A stretch of DNA of 63,977 bases, counting the filler. It is 6 parts of 6 records of this genome, joined end to end, with 100 filler letters (N's around TTAATTAATTAA, not from the genome) between each part and the next. Parts side by side here need not be neighbours in the genome. Positions count along the whole stretch, not along the records: positions 58,313 to 63,977 come from SRR31156797_8639; 5 more parts are not named here. One strand, 5' to 3'. The stretch's first letter is position 1, and each line of letters begins with the position of its first letter. The notes under the pieces were generated by a model. That model saw only the letters and a program-made list of their open reading frames with translations. It ran no database searches and was not told the origin of the DNA. Positions 58,313 to 63,977 of this stretch are shown here, piece by piece. The position numbers and the translations under genes were made by a program.

Positions 58313-59082
58313 ATCTGATACTTTTCTTTTTCTTTACTGTCCCCTTTACTTAGGGCGTCTGCAACTTTCTTTGATCTTTCAAAAAGATCAGGATGTGTTA
58401 TCGCAAAATATGCAAATGCATAGATCCAGGCAACAGAGGTGACATTTATTAAAATTGCATGAACCTGCCCTATAAAAGGGATGGAGCCCAGCAAATCTTT
58501 AAACGGAATAAAAAGGGACTGAAGAACAATGATCCCCATCCACAAAAGAACCGTTGTTTTAAGCCAAAGAACTTTTACGGCATCATCTTCAGTAAAGTAG
58601 TCATTACTTCTTTTAAGAAACCTCTGGAGAAAAACTACGATCTTTATTGTGTAGAATATTGAAACGGCAAAAGTAAAAAGAGATGATACAGCAAAAAGAG
58701 CGATGGAACATTCCCCTAAGATCAAAATTGGAAGAACAAAGGCAGCAAAATAGGTCAAAAACGGAATAATATGAATTAATTGCTTTTTTCCAACATCAGA
58801 GATCTCAAATGTGACAAGCCCTATGTAAAAATAGAACAGTGGCCAGGAGATCGAGATAGCAGTGTTTGAGAAAACATGCAGCTCTCTTGAATATGGAAAA
58901 ACTCCAATTCTCCCAAGATAGATCGACAGAAGTATAAATGAATAAAAAAGCAAGCCCAGACCTAAGGATTTATTTCCCAAACCACCTTTTTTCTTTCCTA
59001 GAAAGATAATTGAAAAGAATATCCCCGGAACTGCTCCTAAAAGCTCTACAACTGACAGCAAATTATTCATAGCATACCTCAT
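58313..59082 (-). CDS. Multi-TM protein, probable membrane-anchored AraC-family regulator (HTH lost at contig end)
   Basis: About 6 TMs, WPLFYFYI..LIHIIPF, ..VLWLK, then KEKY linker. Confidence 0.6.
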
Positions 59083-59180
59083 AAGCTAGAATTATCTTAG
59101 CCTAAAGAAAAAAAATATCAATTTGACCATAAAACAATAATAAAGTAGAATGTTTTCAGCTTTTTAAAATGTGGGGAAAT

Positions 59181-61271
59181 ATGGAACAGACTACTACACT
59201 TTTAGACCTTGAACTTCGAGACATCATTGATATTGACTCTATTCAAAGCGTTATTGATGCTTTTCACAAGCTGACCGGTTATGGCATCTCCATTGCAGAT
59301 CTCAAGGGAAATGTGCTTATTTCTGCAGGAACAAACAGTGTCTGTGCCAATTTTCACAGAAAAAACCCCAGATCAAAGAAAAGATGTCTTGAAAGTGATA
59401 CCGAGCTTACTTTAGGAGTTGAGCCGGGAATATTTAAAACATACAAGTGCAAGAACAATATGTGGGAAGTCGTAACTCCCCTTATTGTTGGTCAAAGACA
59501 TCTTGCGAACTTGTTTCTCGGGCAGTTTCTCTTTGAAGATGAGATTGTTGACATAGACGTCTTTAAAGCGCAGGCAAAAGACTGCGGGTTCGATGAAAAT
59601 GAATATCTGGAGGCCGTTGAGAAAGCCCCTCACTTCAGTTGGGAATCTATTAATGAGATAATGACTTTTTATGCAAAACTTGCAGATCTTCTTTCATCTT
59701 TAAGCTATAGCAACCTAAAGAACAAACTGGCGCTGAAAAAGCAGAAAGAAACTGAAAAAGCATTGCTGGATCAGGAAAATATTTTTAAAATGTTTGTTGA
59801 GAGCTCCAACGATATTCTTGTTTTTCTTGATGAGAGTGGAAAACAAAAATATATCAGTCCTTCAGTTGAGAAAATAACCGGATACACTCCCCAGGAGCTT
59901 ATGAGACCTTTCACAGAAGTTATTCATAAGGATGATGTTGAAAGGGTTAGAAAAGAGTTTATAAATCTTGTACAGAACTCTTCTGTAATTAAAAAGATAG
60001 AATACCGTCATATTCATAAAGATGGTGGATATAGAGATTTTGAAACTGTTGCCAAAAACCATCTTGATGATCCACACATTAATGGAATCGTTGCAAACAT
60101 TAGAGATGTAACTAATAGAAAAAAAGCAGAAAGACAGAATGCCCGTCTTATGGAACAGATCCAGAAAACGGAGAAACTAGAATCACTTGGAATTCTTGCA
60201 GGAGGAATCGCACATGATTTCAACAACCTTCTGTCAGGGGTTTTTGGATATGTATATCTAGCCAGTCAAAGCTGTGAAGATAGTGAGACTGCTGAGTATC
60301 TTGAAAAGACACTTTCGATCTTTAACAGGGCAAAAAGCTTAACTCAACAGCTCTTAACCTTTTCCAGAGGAGGAGCTCCTATTCTTAAAACGGGTGACTT
60401 GAAAAAAGTCATTAAAGACACTGTTTCTTTTGCACTTTCAGGTTCAAATGTTTCTGTAAAATACGATATAGACAAAGAACTTAAGCTTTGCAATTTTGAC
60501 AGCAATCAGATGAGTCAAGTCTTTGAAAACCTTAGCCTAAATGCTGCTCAGGCAATGAGAGATGGTGGTAAAATAAAAATATCTGCCCGAAATGAGTCTA
60601 TTGAAAATGACCCTACACTAAGAAAAGGAGAGTATATTAAAATCAGCTTTGATGATGAGGGCCCTGGAATTCACAAAGAAATTCTTAAAAACATATTTGA
60701 TCCATTTTTCACAACAAAAACAACGGGTAGTGGACTTGGACTTTCTCTGTGCTTTTCTATTGTGGAAAAACATGAAGGAACCATCAAAGTAGATTCAGTA
60801 GAAAATAAAGGAACTACTTTTTCTATTTTTCTTCCTGCCTCTGATGAAATACAGATCGAAATAGAAGAAGACTTTGTTGAGGAACATTTTGGAAATGGAA
60901 GAATTATCGTTATGGACGACGAGAGTCATATTAGAGAGATACTTTCCCAAATGCTTCTTTCAATGGGGTATGAAGTTTTAATTACAAAGAACTGCTCCGA
61001 AGCTTTAAAAACTGTTAATGAACAGTTCGCATCAGGCAGTACGATAAAAGCAATGATCCTTGACCTCACTATCCCGGGAGATAAAGGAGGAAAAGACATT
61101 GCCGGCTCAATTGTTGAGAAATATCCTGACATTAAGATCTTTGCATCAAGCGGTTACTCTGAAGACCCTGTTTTTTCAAACCCCGGCAACTTCGGATTTA
61201 CTGCAAGCATAAGAAAACCTTTTATGCAAAGAGACCTTGCGACAATGCTTGAAAAGCACTTGAAAGACTAG
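59181..61271 (+). CDS. Hybrid histidine kinase PocR-PAS-HisKA-HATPase-REC
   Basis: PocR CANFHR..CLESD..YKCKNNMW..LFLGQF; PAS YISPSVEKITGY; AHDFNNLL; GSGLGL; receiver VMDDE..LDLTIPG. Confidence 0.92.
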   Translation: MEQTTTLLDLELRDIIDIDSIQSVIDAFHKLTGYGISIADLKGNVLISAGTNSVCANFHRKNPRSKKRCLESDTELTLGVEPGIFKTYKCKNNMWEVVTPLIVGQRHLANLFLGQFLFEDEIVDIDVFKAQAKDCGFDENEYLEAVEKAPHFSWESINEIMTFYAKLADLLSSLSYSNLKNKLALKKQKETEKALLDQENIFKMFVESSNDILVFLDESGKQKYISPSVEKITGYTPQELMRPFTEVIHKDDVERVRKEFINLVQNSSVIKKIEYRHIHKDGGYRDFETVAKNHLDDPHINGIVANIRDVTNRKKAERQNARLMEQIQKTEKLESLGILAGGIAHDFNNLLSGVFGYVYLASQSCEDSETAEYLEKTLSIFNRAKSLTQQLLTFSRGGAPILKTGDLKKVIKDTVSFALSGSNVSVKYDIDKELKLCNFDSNQMSQVFENLSLNAAQAMRDGGKIKISARNESIENDPTLRKGEYIKISFDDEGPGIHKEILKNIFDPFFTTKTTGSGLGLSLCFSIVEKHEGTIKVDSVENKGTTFSIFLPASDEIQIEIEEDFVEEHFGNGRIIVMDDESHIREILSQMLLSMGYEVLITKNCSEALKTVNEQFASGSTIKAMILDLTIPGDKGGKDIAGSIVEKYPDIKIFASSGYSEDPVFSNPGNFGFTASIRKPFMQRDLATMLEKHLKD

Positions 61272-63364
61272 AGACCTGTGATGGTAACATCAACTGAATA
61301 TGCACCATAGTCTCCATAGAAAGTATCAAGAACTACATAGTAAGTTCCAGCATCTAAAGTAGTGTCTATTTTACTTAAATAATCACTTCCTGTTTTATCG
61401 TCGTTACATGTTTCTGAATTTCCACATGTTGAGCTAAGATAGATAACAGTGTCAGGAACCACAGTTGAGTTGAAAGTGGTAACGTCTATGGCAACTGATG
61501 ATCTTGCTGAAAGCTCTACTTTAAACACATAGTCAAAACTTGTATTTTCAGAAGCTGATGAACACTCTGATGAAGGCGCAAAGGCATTTGTATAGTCTGA
61601 CGTTGTTGTGAATGTATGCATGCCTGATCCAGTTACAGTGATCATCGGACCGGAACAGGTATCTCCAACGGTTCCAGATGTTTCACAAACAGTTTTATCA
61701 CCTGAAGGAGAGCTGTAACCTTCTTCGCAATCACAAACCGGGTTATCACTAACAACTTTACATTCTCCATGACCAGAACACGTTCTTCCTGCACATGGAT
61801 CGACAACAGTTTCAGCTGTATCCCATGAACCGCTTATTCTCAAACAGGCGGGGTTGTCCGCATCCATTTCCACAAGCTTCACTCCTGTGAGCGTTCCTTT
61901 TGAATGCTCTGTCATAGTTCCAGTGCCTTGAACTTGCTCTATTTCAAGAGTTCCTTCAGATTGGTAGTAAAGTCTGCCATAGTAGCTTGATGTTTCATTT
62001 TCTTTAACAAGAACTGCTTCGTTCGTTGTATCGTAATCACTATGTGCAACATCACTTAGATCAAATGAAACAGGTGAACTGTAATCACTTCCATAAAACT
62101 CAAGATAGATATAGTCAGGAATAACTTCTCCAAGTTCTGACTCCTGATCAAGTCCTATATTTGGTGAGACCTGCGCTCTATATACGTATCCATTGAATGA
62201 ATTTTTTCCACGCCACTCAATATCAGAAAATGTAATTTCTGTGCATATTTCATGAGGGAAAACACATTTGTTGAATGTTGAGCTTGCAGCAGCAGTGTCA
62301 CACTTCACTTTCCCGTCAGTATTGCCGGCACAGTCAGGATCTGTTGTGCATGCAGTCACCTCCACCGGTGCGATACAGGTTAAAAAAGTTGAACTGGATT
62401 GATCAAGATCACAGACTGTTTTTCCATCGCTGTTGAGATCGCAGTCGACATCTTTCATACATTCGGGAGGTGTATCGCCCACGTCATCAAACGAGCAGTC
62501 TCTGGGGGTTTCATCAGAACCTGCAATTGTTGCGCAGCTACAGGTTTCGTAATAGAAAAGCGATCCGTATGCTTTGGCTATCTCTTCTCGGTCGCTAACC
62601 ATTTCCGAATTCATCATCACTCCCATTTCTTCACCACCAATCCAGCTCATGTTCCGGGAAAGCACATAAAATCCATCTTTACTGAAAGGAGAAATATTTA
62701 TTTGAACAGGACATCTGATAACAGAATCGTCCTCTTTCCACTGCTTTATGACATCAACTATCAGATAATCACCATCTTTATTAAACATATTTTCATCTGC
62801 CAAAGTAAGAGCTTGGAGATTATCAACCGGGATCTCTACTCTTGCGGCATATTTTGTTCCCTGTGCATCTTCTTCACCTGTAAGAACAACATAGAGCTTG
62901 GTCGAAGTAGCCATAATATGACTTCCCTGAGCTTCAAGTGAAATTATTGAATTATCTTTAAGCTTCAATGAGGACTTGATCGTGTCAGGAAATTTAAGGT
63001 CACCAATATCGTTTGATATTTCTGAGATCACTTTAAAGGAAAGTCCTTTGTTTTCAGATATAAAATTCTCATCAAGACCGTCAGAAACAACCGGGTCGTC
63101 ATTTTCTTCTTCATCTACTTCTTCATCATTCTCAATGTCATCAGTTGAAACATCATCTTGAACTTCATCATCTGTCTGAGTCTCATCTTTACCCTGAGCA
63201 TCATCGTTTTGAGAATCATCGATCAATTTCTCATCACTTTCTTCATCTTGTATAAAATCATTTGATAGCTGATCATCATCTGCAGTTTGATCACCAACCG
63301 GGTTATCTGTCCCACAGGAAATAAAAAGAACTGTTAATGCAACAATTAAAAAAAATCTCTTCAT
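61268..63364 (-). CDS. Surface lipoprotein with acidic linker, Cys-rich repeats, EGF-like and PPC-like domains
   Basis: Lipobox LFISC; D/E-rich tract; DPCAGRTCSGHGEC..CDCEEGY; DTVIYL..CNDD..LDAGTYYVVLD. Confidence 0.75.
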   Translation of the reverse strand: MKRFFLIVALTVLFISCGTDNPVGDQTADDDQLSNDFIQDEESDEKLIDDSQNDDAQGKDETQTDDEVQDDVSTDDIENDEEVDEEENDDPVVSDGLDENFISENKGLSFKVISEISNDIGDLKFPDTIKSSLKLKDNSIISLEAQGSHIMATSTKLYVVLTGEEDAQGTKYAARVEIPVDNLQALTLADENMFNKDGDYLIVDVIKQWKEDDSVIRCPVQINISPFSKDGFYVLSRNMSWIGGEEMGVMMNSEMVSDREEIAKAYGSLFYYETCSCATIAGSDETPRDCSFDDVGDTPPECMKDVDCDLNSDGKTVCDLDQSSSTFLTCIAPVEVTACTTDPDCAGNTDGKVKCDTAAASSTFNKCVFPHEICTEITFSDIEWRGKNSFNGYVYRAQVSPNIGLDQESELGEVIPDYIYLEFYGSDYSSPVSFDLSDVAHSDYDTTNEAVLVKENETSSYYGRLYYQSEGTLEIEQVQGTGTMTEHSKGTLTGVKLVEMDADNPACLRISGSWDTAETVVDPCAGRTCSGHGECKVVSDNPVCDCEEGYSSPSGDKTVCETSGTVGDTCSGPMITVTGSGMHTFTTTSDYTNAFAPSSECSSASENTSFDYVFKVELSARSSVAIDVTTFNSTVVPDTVIYLSSTCGNSETCNDDKTGSDYLSKIDTTLDAGTYYVVLDTFYGDYGAYSVDVTITGL

Positions 63365-63652
63365 AACAACCTCCCAAAAAACTTAAAAAACATTCACTGC
63401 GCAGATATATTGTTAAGGAAAGGCTTTTCACATTCGTCTTTCTAGGTCAAAAAAAACCAAAAACCTCAAGCAGGCAGCATTCAAACGTTTTTCTTTACAC
63501 AGAAACACAGATAACCGACTGTTTTTGTTGTCTTTTATTTTTTAGAAGTTTATTAATTATTTTTTTCGTTTTTCTCTGCTCAGAGCGTCGAAGCACTTAA
63601 ATTAATATGTAAAGTACTCTTAGCTTTTTAGAAATTCTGTAGGGAGATGACC

Positions 63653-63977
63653 ATGCGTTCAACACTTATCTTAACAATTTTTATGACTATGCTTTTTACT
63701 GTTTCTTGTCAGATCGAAGAAGCACCCTTTCCTCAAGCTGATGATCCCTACACAGGAAATCAAGACCAGGAACTACCGGATTCCCAGTATCAGAACGAGC
63801 CGGATAAAAACCCACAGGAAAAACAGGATGACAATTTAGAAAGAAATGAAGAAACATCTGAAATGGAACTTGTTGGAACCGATAGAGAACAGGTACAGGA
63901 TTCAAACGAAACTCCTGATGATGAGATAAGTGATAATGATCCCGTCTCAGTTATTGATGATGAGAATACAGCCCCGG
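63653..63977 (+). CDS. Lipoprotein with acidic N-terminal tract (runs off window; not in ORF track)
   Basis: Manual translation MRSTLILTIFMTMLFTVSCQIEEAPFPQADD..; AGGGAG RBS. Confidence 0.7.
   Translation, partial: MRSTLILTIFMTMLFTVSCQIEEAPFPQADDPYTGNQDQELPDSQYQNEPDKNPQEKQDDNLERNEETSEMELVGTDREQVQDSNETPDDEISDNDPVSVIDDENTAP

Noticed and set aside
1-63977. CRISPR arrays, rRNA genes, IS transposases
   Set aside because: No regularly spaced repeats, rRNA-like sequence or transposase motifs found by eye

Overview
The window is six unrelated contigs joined by 100-nt N/TTAATTAATTAA spacers, so nothing is linked across spacers. (1) 1-15924, a bacterium (Desulfobacterota-like by inference): acoA/acoX lie divergent from a GAF-PAS kinase and sigma54 regulator. 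These are followed by a complete methanogen-type methanol:corrinoid methyltransferase module (mtaA, mtaC, CobW, a second sigma54 activator, mtaB, RamA-type activase, unknown gene) with two canonical sigma54 promoters. (2) 16025-21106, Phycisphaerae/Planctomycetota-like: secreted carbohydrate-active proteins with dockerin-like tails. (3) 21207-28931, Bacteroidota-like: a giant LamG surface protein. (4) 29032-50740, a temperate HK97-type siphovirus with head, tail (including a -1 frameshift), immunity, replication, xis/int and a tRNA-Ala(CGC) att end. It also has a highly structured candidate ncRNA in its early leader and strong GGATCC/CCWGG enrichment. (5) 50841-58212, Desulfobacterota-like mixed genes. 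(6) 58313-63977, a low-GC bacterium with a PocR hybrid kinase and Cys-rich lipoproteins. The best candidates for novelty are the archaeal-type Mta/RamA module under bacterial sigma54 control, the pseudoknotted phage RNA at 44050-44256, and the phage palindrome enrichment. All calls come from reading motifs by eye; no database search was run.
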